IMG/VR virus record: IMGVR_UViG_3300027804_002460
Coordinates: 1,513-65,512 of that record
DNA: 64,000 bases
Origin: a virus
Taxonomy: Duplodnaviria > Caudoviricetes
Reading direction: 5' to 3' (one strand)
Shown here: in pieces, positions 48,202 to 57,780 of the stretch
Position numbering within the stretch: the first letter of the stretch is position 1
Layout of the letters: every line of letters begins with the position of its first letter
Program-made: the position numbers and the translations under genes
Notes under the pieces: generated by a model
Databases searched by the model: none
Seen by the model: the letters and a program-made list of their open reading frames with translations, nothing else
What the model was told of the DNA's origin: nothing

Positions 48202-49784
48202 AAAATATTTCCAGTTCTTGTTATTTTAACTTCATTAATTCCTTGTTTAAAAATCAAATTTTTCTTTTCTGATAAACCCATAAGTTTAACTCTTGGGTTT
48301 TCTGAAATAAATTCAAGAGCCGAATCCATTTGATCTACTGTTTCAGAAAGTCTTATAACATTCTTTTTATTCAATTGATAATTTTGATTAGATTTTAAAT
48401 CTTGTTTTTTTATTTCGTCTTCTGACATTGTAAAATATTTACTTAAAACCTTATCTACTGAAGATTCACCAAAAGTTCCGTGTGTGAAAGCATCTACTTC
48501 AGGATAAAAATGTCTTTTTCTTCTGTTTTTTGATGCATAATCTTCTTCGTCAATTTCTTCAAAATCAATAACATCGTAGTCATCTTCATAATCTTCTGTT
48601 TGTTCACCTGATACACCTTTCATTGCGGCATTACCATAAGCAGCTGGTAAGTAATCTCTAAAGGCGTCGCCATAACTTTCATATTCTTCGGCCATTTCAG
48701 GTGATGGTATTTCTTCTTCACCTTCAGGTGACGGTGGAGGGGGAACCATTTCTTGTTCTTCCTCATAACCTTCAACTTCAGCTTCCATATCCATTTCTTC
48801 ATCACCACCTTCTTCATCTTCATCACCACCTTCTAATTTTGAAATGATTTCTTCGATATCGTCCTCATCTAAAACGTCAACATCAAGTGCGGATAAAATT
48901 GAATTGATTACGTATTTAACGTTTTGAGAAGAAAGTTCTTTTTCTTCCTCATAAGATCTAATTTTTTGTGCTAACTTACCAACAAGAATTTGTATTCTTT
49001 TAAGGTCTGAAACTTTTTTTTCTTTTGGTTTTTTTTCAACGTCGATTTCTAGTTCCTCTTCGCCTTCTTCTCCTTCAGGTGCCGGTGGCATTTCTCCTCC
49101 TTCTTCAGGTGCTGGGGGCATTTCTCCTCCTTCTTCAGGTGCTGGGGGTAATTCACCACCACCTTCTTCAGGTGCCGGTGGTAATTCTGCTCCCGCATCA
49201 GGTGCCGGTGGTAATTCTGCTCCCGCATCAGGTGCCGGTGGTAATTCTGCTCCCGCATCAGGTGCCGGTGGTAATTCTGCTCCTGCGTCAGGTGCTGGAG
49301 GTAGAGCTGCACCCGCATCAGGTGATGGAGGTAGAGCCGCACCCGCATCAGGTGCTGGAGGTAATTCTGCTCCTGCATCAGGAGCTGCAGCCGCTTTAGG
49401 TTTTTTAGTTTTTAGTACGTACTTTTTTTTTTGCTCTCCGATAAGGGGAGTACCTTCTTCGTTTTCAAAAAGGGTATTAACTTCTTTTGTTATCAAGTTA
49501 AGACGTTTCAAAGCCTGAGAATAAGATGAATAATATTTTCTACCTTTCATTGGTTCAATATAGTCGAACTCAGATTCATTGATAGATTTTTTAATAATAT
49601 AACCTTGTCTTTCTTTAGCAATTTCATATGTGTTACCATCAGCCAAATTTATTCTATATTCGGATGACTTTGTCTCATTTACTGATTGAGGAATATTTTC
49701 ATTGTAACGAGCAATTTCCATTATTCGTCTGATTTTATCCATTCCCTCAAGTTTTTCACTTCCAATAGGTCTAAGTCCTGCCAT
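48198..49784 (-). CDS. Acidic, Pro/Ala-repeat protein (possible head protein)
   Basis: 528 aa with PPAPDAGAEL and PPAPEEGGEM repeats. Confidence 0.75.
   Translation of the reverse strand: MAGLRPIGSEKLEGMDKIRRIMEIARYNENIPQSVNETKSSEYRINLADGNTYEIAKERQGYIIKKSINESEFDYIEPMKGRKYYSSYSQALKRLNLITKEVNTLFENEEGTPLIGEQKKKYVLKTKKPKAAAAPDAGAELPPAPDAGAALPPSPDAGAALPPAPDAGAELPPAPDAGAELPPAPDAGAELPPAPDAGAELPPAPEEGGGELPPAPEEGGEMPPAPEEGGEMPPAPEGEEGEEELEIDVEKKPKEKKVSDLKRIQILVGKLAQKIRSYEEEKELSSQNVKYVINSILSALDVDVLDEDDIEEIISKLEGGDEDEEGGDEEMDMEAEVEGYEEEQEMVPPPPSPEGEEEIPSPEMAEEYESYGDAFRDYLPAAYGNAAMKGVSGEQTEDYEDDYDVIDFEEIDEEDYASKNRRKRHFYPEVDAFTHGTFGESSVDKVLSKYFTMSEDEIKKQDLKSNQNYQLNKKNVIRLSETVDQMDSALEFISENPRVKLMGLSEKKNLIFKQGINEVKITRTGNIL
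49078..49380 (-). repeat. 30-nt coding tandem repeat (7 units) plus 27-30-nt units
   Basis: GGTGCCGGTGGTAATTCTGCTCCCGCATCA is identical three times at 49171-49260, then degenerates. Confidence 0.9.
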
Positions 49785-49860
49785 ATTTGTGTTATTTAAT
49801 GTAAATTATTTTTTCTTAATAAATATATCGATAAACGTAATTATTTTTAATTACCGATTT

Positions 49861-50598
49861 TTATTGTTTCATCGACAATTTTTTGTCTATAAGATCTGTT
49901 GGTAATTCGTATAATTTCCCAATGTACCCATTTCTTCTCAGTAATTTGAATACTAAATTTTCTAAGGACATTTCTCCGTTTTTTTCAAGTCCGCAATTTC
50001 TGAATTTCTTTAATTTTTCTTTGTATTTTTTTACCAAACGTTTGATTTCATCGGGATCTTCATCACTGATATTATCAACAACACCATCAATAATTCTCAT
50101 CCACTGATTGGCCTTTTCCTTTAGAAGATCTATATCAATTTTTTTATCTTCAGATTTTTTTGGTTCATTAACCCACATATCATATAAAACAGAATATATT
50201 CCACTACTAAATGTTGTTTCACTTTCGCTTTGAACAAAACATTCAACGTCGTACCCAAATAATTTTATATTATGTCTATCGTTAAATATTATTTTTTTTA
50301 AATCAAAAAATTCAACATATAATTCTTGTGAGTTATTTGGGAATTGGTTGTAATTTACAACTATATGTAAATCTATATCCGAAAACTTAGACCAGTTATA
50401 ATTTACCAATGAACCAATCATTATTATATCAGTTACAATCACATCAACACCTAAAAAATCTATAAATACGTTTGCGGTTTCCAAAAGTTTTTCTCTTACT
50501 TCAGGTCTCATCATATATGACTTACCTTCCTTCTCCCAAATTTTAGGATTTAGATTTTCTTGGGATTCGAAACTTTTTATAATATCTGAAGTATTCAT
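49861..50598 (-). CDS. Pol-beta-superfamily nucleotidyltransferase
   Basis: IIMIGSLVNYNWSKFSDIDLH (GS-x8-DxD) plus a third acidic residue in YDVECF; likely start MNTSDII at 50598. Confidence 0.75.
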   Translation of the reverse strand: MNTSDIIKSFESQENLNPKIWEKEGKSYMMRPEVREKLLETANVFIDFLGVDVIVTDIIMIGSLVNYNWSKFSDIDLHIVVNYNQFPNNSQELYVEFFDLKKIIFNDRHNIKLFGYDVECFVQSESETTFSSGIYSVLYDMWVNEPKKSEDKKIDIDLLKEKANQWMRIIDGVVDNISDEDPDEIKRLVKKYKEKLKKFRNCGLEKNGEMSLENLVFKLLRRNGYIGKLYELPTDLIDKKLSMKQ

Positions 50599-50617
50599 AT
50601 AGATAAATACTTTATAA

Positions 50618-50860
50618 TTATAGTTTCTTATATGTGTGTGCTTTGGAAATGTTTTTGTTAAAGAAGTTTCCTTGAGATTCTGCCATTCTAAACTGAGTAT
50701 ATTTTTGATGTGGTACTTCACTATACTCATATCTCGCACCATTTTTAAACTCTGCAATCATTTTTTTAGTAAGGGTATCGTACTCAGTTCTTACAATATT
50801 TGATGATTCTATTTCATTCAAAATCGTTGTTCCACTAATTAATTCACTTGTTATTGCCAT
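50618..50860 (-). CDS. KTSC-domain protein
   Basis: SSNI...YD...EFKNGARYEYSEVP...AESQGNFFNKNI. Confidence 0.88.
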   Translation of the reverse strand: MAITSELISGTTILNEIESSNIVRTEYDTLTKKMIAEFKNGARYEYSEVPHQKYTQFRMAESQGNFFNKNISKAHTYKKL

Positions 50861-50896
50861 AATTTTTTTATTTAAAAATAAATATGAGTAAAAAAA

Positions 50897-50918
50897 AAAT
50901 CCACCCTAAGGTGGATTT
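50897..50918 (-). terminator. Intrinsic terminator after dnaK
   Basis: AAATCCACC-CTAA-GGTGGATTT with an A run on the + strand. Confidence 0.75.
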
Positions 50919-50939
50919 CTAACTTTAAAATTTAAGAGA

Positions 50940-52796
50940 TTATTTAACTTCCTCGAACTCTACATTTGCAAAGTCTTCTTCTGTTGCTTCAGCGTTGTTT
51001 GTTTGTTCATACAACTTCTGACTTATGGTTTGGAATTTTTTATTAACCTCTTCCATTAAAATTTTTACTTCTGAAATGTCTTTCTTGTCGTAAGCCGATT
51101 TTAATTTATCGATTGATGAATTAATTTCAGTTTTTTCATCTTCAGTAATTTTACCTTCGAGATCTTCCATAGATTTACCGACTTGGAAAATTAATGAGTC
51201 AGCGGAGTTTAAAGTATCAACTTCCTCTTTTAATTTTTTATCAGCTTCCGCATTCATTTCAGCTTCTTGTTTCATTCTCTCAACTTCTTCTTTTGATAGA
51301 CCTGAAGATGACTCAATTCGGATTGATTGTTGTTTGTTAGTTGCTTTATCAACTGCAGATACATTTATAATACCATTTGCATCGATATCAAAGGTTACCT
51401 CGATTTGAGGAGTTCCTCTTCTTGCTGGTGGTAATCCATCAAGGTGGAATTTACCAATAGTTCTGTTATCTCTTGCCATTGCTCTTTCACCTTGTAAAAC
51501 ATGTATTTCTACTGTTGGTTGATTATCTGCAGCTGTTGAGAATGTTTCTGATTTTTTTGTTGGGATAGTTGTGTTTGCATCAATCAATTTTGTAAATACA
51601 CCTCCCATAGTTTCAATACCTAATGAAAGTGGAGTTACGTCTAACAACAATACGTCTGTCACATCACCAGCTAAAACACCTCCTTGAATCGCAGCTCCCA
51701 AAGCAACTACCTCATCAGGATTTACCCCTTTTGAAGGTTCTTTACCAAAGAATTTTTTAACTGCTTCTTGGATGGAAGGAATACGAGTAGATCCACCAAC
51801 TAAAATAATCTCATCAATATCAGATGGTTTTAGTTTGGCATTTTTCAAAGCGGATTCACAAGGTTTAATTGTTCTATCAACCAATGATTGTGTTAATTGA
51901 TCAAACTTAGATTTTGTGATAGTCATTACTAAGTGTTTTGGTCCTGTTGCATCTGCAGTTACATATGGTAAGTTAATTTCAGTTTGAGGTGAAGAAGATA
52001 ACTCAATTTTAGCCTTTTCAGCCGCCTCACGAAGTCTCTGAAGTGCCATAGGATCTTTTGAAATATCCATACCATTTTCTTTTTTGAATTCGGAAACTAA
52101 GTGGTCAATTAAAGCCTGATCAAAGTCATCCCCACCTAAGTGAGTGTCCCCGTCAGTTGCTAACACCTCAAATACACCGTCACCAAGTTCCAATACTGAT
52201 ACGTCATGTGTTCCACCACCACAGTCAAATACTACAATTTTCATGTCTTTTGACATTTTATCAAGACCATAAGCCAAAGCCGCGGCTGTTGGTTCATTGA
52301 TAATTCTTTTTACTGTAAGACCAGCAATTTCACCAGCTTCTTTAGTCGCTTGACGTTGAGCATCGTTAAAATAAGCAGGAACTGTGATTACGGCTTCAGT
52401 TACAGATTGACCTAAATAGTCTTCTGCCGTTTGTTTCATTTTTTGAAGGACGGCCGCTGAGATTTCTTGTGGTGAATAAGTTCTATCGTTAATTTGAACT
52501 TTTGGTGAGTTATTTTCTTTAATAACTTTGTAAGGGACCTTTGTTGTTTCATTTTTAACCTCATCAAAAGATGATCCCATAAATCTTTTAATTGAGTAAA
52601 TTGTTTTGTCAGGGTTTGTTACCGCTTGACGTTTTGCAGGATCTCCGATTTTTCTTTCACCGTCTTTAATAAACCCCACAATTGATGGTGTTGTTCTTTT
52701 TCCTTCACTGTTAGCAATAACCACAGGTTCCTTGCCTTCCATTACGGCAACACACGAGTTAGTTGTTCCCAAGTCAATTCCAATTATTTTTCCCAT
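50940..52796 (-). CDS. dnaK: Hsp70 chaperone DnaK
   Basis: [43 protein letters not shown]-terminal VEFEEVK. Confidence 0.98.
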   Translation of the reverse strand: MGKIIGIDLGTTNSCVAVMEGKEPVVIANSEGKRTTPSIVGFIKDGERKIGDPAKRQAVTNPDKTIYSIKRFMGSSFDEVKNETTKVPYKVIKENNSPKVQINDRTYSPQEISAAVLQKMKQTAEDYLGQSVTEAVITVPAYFNDAQRQATKEAGEIAGLTVKRIINEPTAAALAYGLDKMSKDMKIVVFDCGGGTHDVSVLELGDGVFEVLATDGDTHLGGDDFDQALIDHLVSEFKKENGMDISKDPMALQRLREAAEKAKIELSSSPQTEINLPYVTADATGPKHLVMTITKSKFDQLTQSLVDRTIKPCESALKNAKLKPSDIDEIILVGGSTRIPSIQEAVKKFFGKEPSKGVNPDEVVALGAAIQGGVLAGDVTDVLLLDVTPLSLGIETMGGVFTKLIDANTTIPTKKSETFSTAADNQPTVEIHVLQGERAMARDNRTIGKFHLDGLPPARRGTPQIEVTFDIDANGIINVSAVDKATNKQQSIRIESSSGLSKEEVERMKQEAEMNAEADKKLKEEVDTLNSADSLIFQVGKSMEDLEGKITEDEKTEINSSIDKLKSAYDKKDISEVKILMEEVNKKFQTISQKLYEQTNNAEATEEDFANVEFEEVK

Positions 52797-52842
52797 TTTT
52801 TTATCATTTTATTTTTATGTTTATTTTTTCCACACTTTTTAC

Positions 52843-52873
52843 CAAATATATGCCATTCCATAAAACCTGTCAA
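52843..52873 (-). promoter_or_regulatory. Bacteroidota-type sigma70 promoter for dnaK
   Basis: TTG-N20-TATATTTG on the minus strand. Confidence 0.6.
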
Positions 52874-52966
52874 TATGTCAGTATATTTTTTTTTATACTG
52901 ACAAAATAACAATATTGGACTTTTCTAAATTTATTTATTAGTTTTTGAATGTAAAACAATAGAAGT

Positions 52967-55006
52967 ATGTTAGAATTTATGGATGAAGGAAATGATAAAG
53001 CGAAAAAAAAGTCTGATTCAGGAACACCTGTGTTAGATAATTTTAGCAAGGATTTAAACAAATTAGCTCAAGAAGGTAAATTAGATCCTGTAATTGGTAG
53101 AAAGAAGGAAATCTTAAGGATTGCTCAGATACTTTCTCGAAGAAAGAAAAATAACCCAATTATTATTGGTGAGCCAGGTGCAGGAAAAACTGCAATCGTT
53201 GAGGGTCTTGCCATGATGATTCATGATGGTGAGTGTCCTAAGAATTTAATGGATAAAAGAATTGTTTCTTTAGACATGAATTCTTTGGTTGCTGGAACAA
53301 AATACCGTGGTCAGTTTGAAGAAAGAATGAAGGTAATCATTGAAGAACTTCAATCATCCCCAAACATCATCTTGTTTATTGACGAGATTCATACAATAGT
53401 TGGTGCGGGAAATAGTTCAGGTTCATTAGATGCATCTAACATCTTCAAACCTGCACTTTCTCGAGGTGAAATTCAGTGTATTGGTGCAACTACTTTAGAT
53501 GAGTATAGAACTAACTTTGAAAAGGACGGAGCATTAGAAAGAAGATTCCAAAAGGTAGTTGTGGATCCTGCAACAAAAGATGAAACTTTTGAAATCCTTA
53601 AATTAAGTAAGGAAAAGTATGAAGATCACCATAAAGTGACTTATGATGATGAGACGTTATGGACATTTGTTGAGTTAGCGGACCGTTATATTACAGATCG
53701 TGAGTTTCCTGATAAGGCTTTTGATATCTTGGATGAGGTTGGTGCAAGAATGCAAATTGACATAAAACTTCCTGAAGTTATTGAGAACTTAAAAGATGAG
53801 GCTAACAAAATTAAACAAGAAAAAATAAACGTAATCAAAAGACAAGACTACGAACAAGCCGCAGAACTCCGTGATCGTGAAAGAGGTGTAATTGCAAAAC
53901 TTGAGGAAGAAAAGAAAAAATTTGAGGAACATTTGAGAAGTAGTAAAAGAACTATTCCTGAAGAATTAGTTTACGAGGTTGTTTCAAACATGACTAAAAT
54001 CCCAATTTCAAACATCAATCTTGATGAAAGGAATAATCTTATTAATTTGACTGATAATTTGAGTTCAAAAGTAATTGGTCAAGAAGAAGCGGTTTTAAAA
54101 ATTACAAAAGCAATCCGTAGAAATAGAATGGGTATTAAAGACCCAAATAAACCAATCGGTTCATTTATTTTCTTAGGATCTACAGGTGTTGGTAAAACAT
54201 ATTTGGCAAAACAATTGGCAAAAGAAATCTTTGGAAGTGAAGATAATATGATTCGTGTGGACATGAGTGAATACCAAGAAAAACATACTATTTCTCGTTT
54301 GATCGGATCACCTCCAGGATATGTTGGTCATGATGAAGGAGGTCAATTAACAGAACAAGTTAAAAACAAACCTTACTCTGTTGTATTATTTGATGAGATT
54401 GAAAAAGCTCACAAAGACATTTTCTCAACACTTCTTCAGTTGTTAGATGATGGTCACATTACGGATTCATTAGGTCGTAAGATCAACTTCAAAAATTGTT
54501 TGATCATTATGACTTCCAATATTGGTGTTAAAAGATTACAAGATTTTGGTGCTGGTGTTGGATTCAAAACAGGTAAAAGTGAGGCGGTTAGAGAAGAAGA
54601 GAAAAGAGAAATTCTTAAAAAAGAACTAAGTAAATTCTTCGCCCCTGAATTCTTAAATCGTATTGATGATGTAGTTATATTCAATTCACTTGAAAAGAAA
54701 CATATTGATGTAATTACAAAACTTGAGGTTGACAGACTACTAAAAAGAGTCTTAGAAAAGAAATATATTTTCACTTATGAACAAGATCTAATCGATTACA
54801 TTTCTAAAGTGGGATTTGATGAAACATTTGGAGCTCGACCAATCAAAAGAGCAATCCAAGATAAAATTGAGGATTTAATTTCTGAAAAAATCTTGATGAT
54901 GGAGATCGAAGAAAATAAAGACTATGTCTTGAAAGTTGAGAATGATGAGGTTGTTGTTTCTAATAAAGAAGAAAAAGTTAAAAAAACAAGAAAAAAGAAA
55001 GAATAA
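52967..55006 (+). CDS. clpC: ClpC-like Hsp100 AAA+ ATPase lacking the N-terminal domain
   Basis: Two NBDs (GEPGAGKT, GSTGVGKT), UVR-type M domain (DYEQAAELRD), GVGF ClpP-docking loop; sequence starts at TPVLDNFSKDL. Confidence 0.85.
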   Translation: MLEFMDEGNDKAKKKSDSGTPVLDNFSKDLNKLAQEGKLDPVIGRKKEILRIAQILSRRKKNNPIIIGEPGAGKTAIVEGLAMMIHDGECPKNLMDKRIVSLDMNSLVAGTKYRGQFEERMKVIIEELQSSPNIILFIDEIHTIVGAGNSSGSLDASNIFKPALSRGEIQCIGATTLDEYRTNFEKDGALERRFQKVVVDPATKDETFEILKLSKEKYEDHHKVTYDDETLWTFVELADRYITDREFPDKAFDILDEVGARMQIDIKLPEVIENLKDEANKIKQEKINVIKRQDYEQAAELRDRERGVIAKLEEEKKKFEEHLRSSKRTIPEELVYEVVSNMTKIPISNINLDERNNLINLTDNLSSKVIGQEEAVLKITKAIRRNRMGIKDPNKPIGSFIFLGSTGVGKTYLAKQLAKEIFGSEDNMIRVDMSEYQEKHTISRLIGSPPGYVGHDEGGQLTEQVKNKPYSVVLFDEIEKAHKDIFSTLLQLLDDGHITDSLGRKINFKNCLIIMTSNIGVKRLQDFGAGVGFKTGKSEAVREEEKREILKKELSKFFAPEFLNRIDDVVIFNSLEKKHIDVITKLEVDRLLKRVLEKKYIFTYEQDLIDYISKVGFDETFGARPIKRAIQDKIEDLISEKILMMEIEENKDYVLKVENDEVVVSNKEEKVKKTRKKKE

Positions 55007-55053
55007 TTTTTTTATTAACAATTATTCAACTATCTTTGTGGAAACAATTTGAA

Positions 55054-56079
55054 ATGGATCTAAATAAATTTAAAGAACTCCTATCTGTCCCTACCAAGAC
55101 CTATAAGGAAAGTAAAATGGTAGAGTATTTAATTTCTACCATTGGGGATATGGATGGAGTTACTCTTACTTGTGACGAACATAATAACATATATGCGGTT
55201 AAAGGAACATTGGGTGAAGGGGAATTTTACCCAATGTTCATTTCTCACACAGACACAGTTCACGAACTTGTTGACCTTATTGATGTAAAAGAAGAATACC
55301 TTCTCCGTCCATATACATTTGGAAAAGATTTTGGTCAAGAACAAGTATTGTGTTTAAAAGCCTACGACAAAGATGGGAGACCGACAGGTATTGGTGGTGA
55401 TGACAAATGTGGTATCTACATTTGTTTAGAATTACTCCGTCAGTTAGATAAAGTCAAAGTTGCATTTTTTGTATCAGAAGAAACAGGTTGTCATGGATCA
55501 AAATTGGTAAATAAAGAGTTTTTAAAAGATGTTGGTTATTGTACTCAATACGATGCACCTGGCGATCACTTAATTTCATACTCTTGTATGGGAACCGTAT
55601 TATTTGATAAAGATGGTGAGTTTTTCAATACAGCAATTCGATCAATCACAAAAGGATTTGGTAATGAAATGATGGTTCAGTCTCACCCATACACAGATAT
55701 CATGATGATTAAACAACTATCTGACCTATCTTGTATCAACATGTCTTGTGGTTATTATAACATGCACACAGCAAATGAATTCGTTTGTATTGATGATGTT
55801 GAGAGATCAATTCAGGCAGGTAAAAATATGGTTGAGGATCTTGGGTTAAAAAAATACGAATTCAAAACGGAACCAAAACCAACAACTACCACAACAACTT
55901 TGTTTGATGATGAAAGTCCATTCTACGATGATATTCACCAACTAACATCTATTGATGTGATTGAGGAAAAAGATGGGTTTATAATTGCAGATATCTATGA
56001 TGAAAATCAATTCTATATCGATGATGAGGATGGGTACAAGTTATACGAGATTCTAAAAGAGCGTTATCGTTTTAATTGA
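55054..56079 (+). CDS. M28/M20-family zinc peptidase
   Basis: SHTDTVH, GGDDKCG, SEETG, QYD, YYNMHT; TATCTTTG promoter element at 55031-55038. Confidence 0.75.
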   Translation: MDLNKFKELLSVPTKTYKESKMVEYLISTIGDMDGVTLTCDEHNNIYAVKGTLGEGEFYPMFISHTDTVHELVDLIDVKEEYLLRPYTFGKDFGQEQVLCLKAYDKDGRPTGIGGDDKCGIYICLELLRQLDKVKVAFFVSEETGCHGSKLVNKEFLKDVGYCTQYDAPGDHLISYSCMGTVLFDKDGEFFNTAIRSITKGFGNEMMVQSHPYTDIMMIKQLSDLSCINMSCGYYNMHTANEFVCIDDVERSIQAGKNMVEDLGLKKYEFKTEPKPTTTTTTLFDDESPFYDDIHQLTSIDVIEEKDGFIIADIYDENQFYIDDEDGYKLYEILKERYRFN

Positions 56080-57203
56080 CCCGGAGCGATTCTAAACTCA
56101 GTTGGTTTAAATAGACCTGGCTGAGTTGCCATTGTAATTACTTCATTAGGAGTTGATAAACCATACTGACGATCCCCAAAGTAAGAATTTCTACCTACTA
56201 TATATTTTACTTTTAAGGTTTCAGGATCAACTTCCTCAACTCTGATAAACATATTTGTTTGACCTGGTATTTTTACACCGCTATTTTGAAAAAGACCTAA
56301 TGCACTAAGTTTATCCATAGTTTTTGAGTATTCAGGAGAAAATTCTTCTTGAGCCCTTTCTATATACTCATCAATTAAATTTACCAATTTTTCACAGGAT
56401 TGAGATTCAAACATTTCATTATCCATTACATAATATTCCATCTCATAATGTTCAGGAAGAGAATGTCTAAATTTTTTTTCAATTTTTTGTATTAACAAAT
56501 CAAGGGCTTTTCCATCAAATTCACCATCCTCAACAAATAACTGAACTAGATTACCCCAACTTATAAAATATAATCCAAAACACCACTTACCCCATTTCTC
56601 AACTCCAAAGTCACTTAATGTATCACAATATACCTTTTGTATTTCTTGTTTAGCACCTTCTTCAGTTGCATTTGATTTAGCAGAACATATAATGTCATCC
56701 ATTTCATCTCCAATATTTTGAAAGTATTTGTCCAATACTGAAGTTATTTGACTTTCATCATCAATTCTACTACCGTCTTCTTTAATATTATCAACAAGGT
56801 TAGGTGCAATTATTTTAAGTAATTCTCTTAATCTGATTTTTGCTTCACCACAAAGATAACCTAAAGTATATCCTTCTTGCCAATCATCATATGCTCGTTC
56901 TTGGCACGAATCATAAAAATCGTAAGAACCATAATACATACGATCATAGTTAATAGCATCCCACTCACCGTCAGATCCTTCTTCAAACGCAGGGTAATGA
57001 AAAAATTTCAAAAACTGTTCTAAATCTTCAAAATCAAATAATAAACCATCAGGTTTAATTTGAACCTTATTTAAATCAATGTCATAATCCTTAGTTATGA
57101 ATTCGACATCATCAGGAGACAACTTTCTTTTGTTTAAAAGAAGGATTTTTTGAAAGTCCGTCATTTCAGGAACATCATTTTCAATAAGAAGTCTTTTTTT
57201 CAT
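56064..57203 (-). CDS. Hypothetical protein
   Basis: 379 aa; TATTTATA 13 nt upstream. Confidence 0.75.
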   Translation of the reverse strand: MKKRLLIENDVPEMTDFQKILLLNKRKLSPDDVEFITKDYDIDLNKVQIKPDGLLFDFEDLEQFLKFFHYPAFEEGSDGEWDAINYDRMYYGSYDFYDSCQERAYDDWQEGYTLGYLCGEAKIRLRELLKIIAPNLVDNIKEDGSRIDDESQITSVLDKYFQNIGDEMDDIICSAKSNATEEGAKQEIQKVYCDTLSDFGVEKWGKWCFGLYFISWGNLVQLFVEDGEFDGKALDLLIQKIEKKFRHSLPEHYEMEYYVMDNEMFESQSCEKLVNLIDEYIERAQEEFSPEYSKTMDKLSALGLFQNSGVKIPGQTNMFIRVEEVDPETLKVKYIVGRNSYFGDRQYGLSTPNEVITMATQPGLFKPTEFRIAPGQLKR

Positions 57204-57218
57204 ATATTTATAAATATA

Positions 57219-57249
57219 TTGGATAATACAAATCTTTGTATTATATTTG
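57219..57249 (+). promoter_or_regulatory. Bacteroidota-type promoter for tmRNA
   Basis: TTG-N20-TATATTTG, 21 nt upstream of the mature 5' end. Confidence 0.65.
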
Positions 57250-57270
57250 TATAGAAGTTATTTGACATAT

Positions 57271-57657
57271 GGGGGCGTTTTTGGATTTGACAGGTATTGG
57301 CTGAGGAATAAGGGCATGTAGGGACTGAGTTAATCTCTTTAAAAACTGACTTAGAAAACAACTGGCAATGTGCTAAACAAAATGGAAACTCTTGGATTAG
57401 TAAGAGGTTCTGAAGTTACTGTAGCTTAAGATAAGTTCGGAAACGGGGGGTCGGCAGACATATAACCTAGCAACAGAAGTCGTAGTTGTGGTGGATTACT
57501 ATTGAACCCTAAATCGAATGGTAACCATTGGTTGTTGATTTACGATGGTGAAGAACAAATCAACTATTTTGGGGTATTAGAAAATACCAACCTAAACATG
57601 TAGTCCTTATCTGACAGGATAAGCTGGACGAGGGTTCGAGTCCCTCCGCCTCCACCA
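57271..57657 (+). ncRNA. ssrA: Transfer-messenger RNA (tmRNA), 387 nt, predicted tag (A)GNVLNKMETLGLVRGSEVTVA*
   Basis: 5' GGGGGCG..GGATTTGAC; 3' T-arm GAGGGTTCGAGTCCCTC followed by CGCCTCCACCA; G3:U70 wobble; AACT|GGC resume context at 57364, stop at 57427-57429. Confidence 0.92.
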
Positions 57658-57660
57658 ACT

Positions 57661-57688
57661 AAACCTCATCTTCGGATGGGGTTTTTTT
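57661..57688 (+). terminator. tmRNA terminator
   Basis: AAACCTCATC-TTCG-GATGGGGTTT followed by a T run. Confidence 0.85.
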
Positions 57689-57709
57689 ATACGGTAAAAT
57701 TTAGGGCAT

Positions 57710-57738
57710 AAAAAAAGGGATCGATTCACATCGTCCCT
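57710..57738 (-). terminator. Minus-strand terminator closing the large ncRNA candidate
   Basis: AGGGA-TCGAT-TCAC-ATCG-TCCCT hairpin with an A run on the + strand. Confidence 0.7.
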
Positions 57739-57780
57739 AAATTTTTTACCGGTTAGCTCCATTCTATAAAAGAAATAAAA

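Noticed and set aside
49025-49399. ORFs 49025..49399 (+) and 49049..49378 (-)
   Set aside because: Off-frame readings of the 30-nt tandem repeat.
50599-50757. N-terminal 53 aa of the track's 298-aa NTase ORF
   Set aside because: Overlaps the KTSC gene; the ATG at 50598 has the upstream motif and gives a compact NTase.
50940-55006. dnaK/clpC as evidence of a bacterial chromosome or chimeric assembly
   Set aside because: Directly flanked by phage head and lysis genes with the same composition and promoter motifs; no dnaJ, grpE or hrcA context.
57376-57426. tmRNA tag resembles the FeoA motif (LGLxxGxEVxV)
   Set aside because: Only about 15 residues of similarity in a short peptide; probably coincidence without homologue support.
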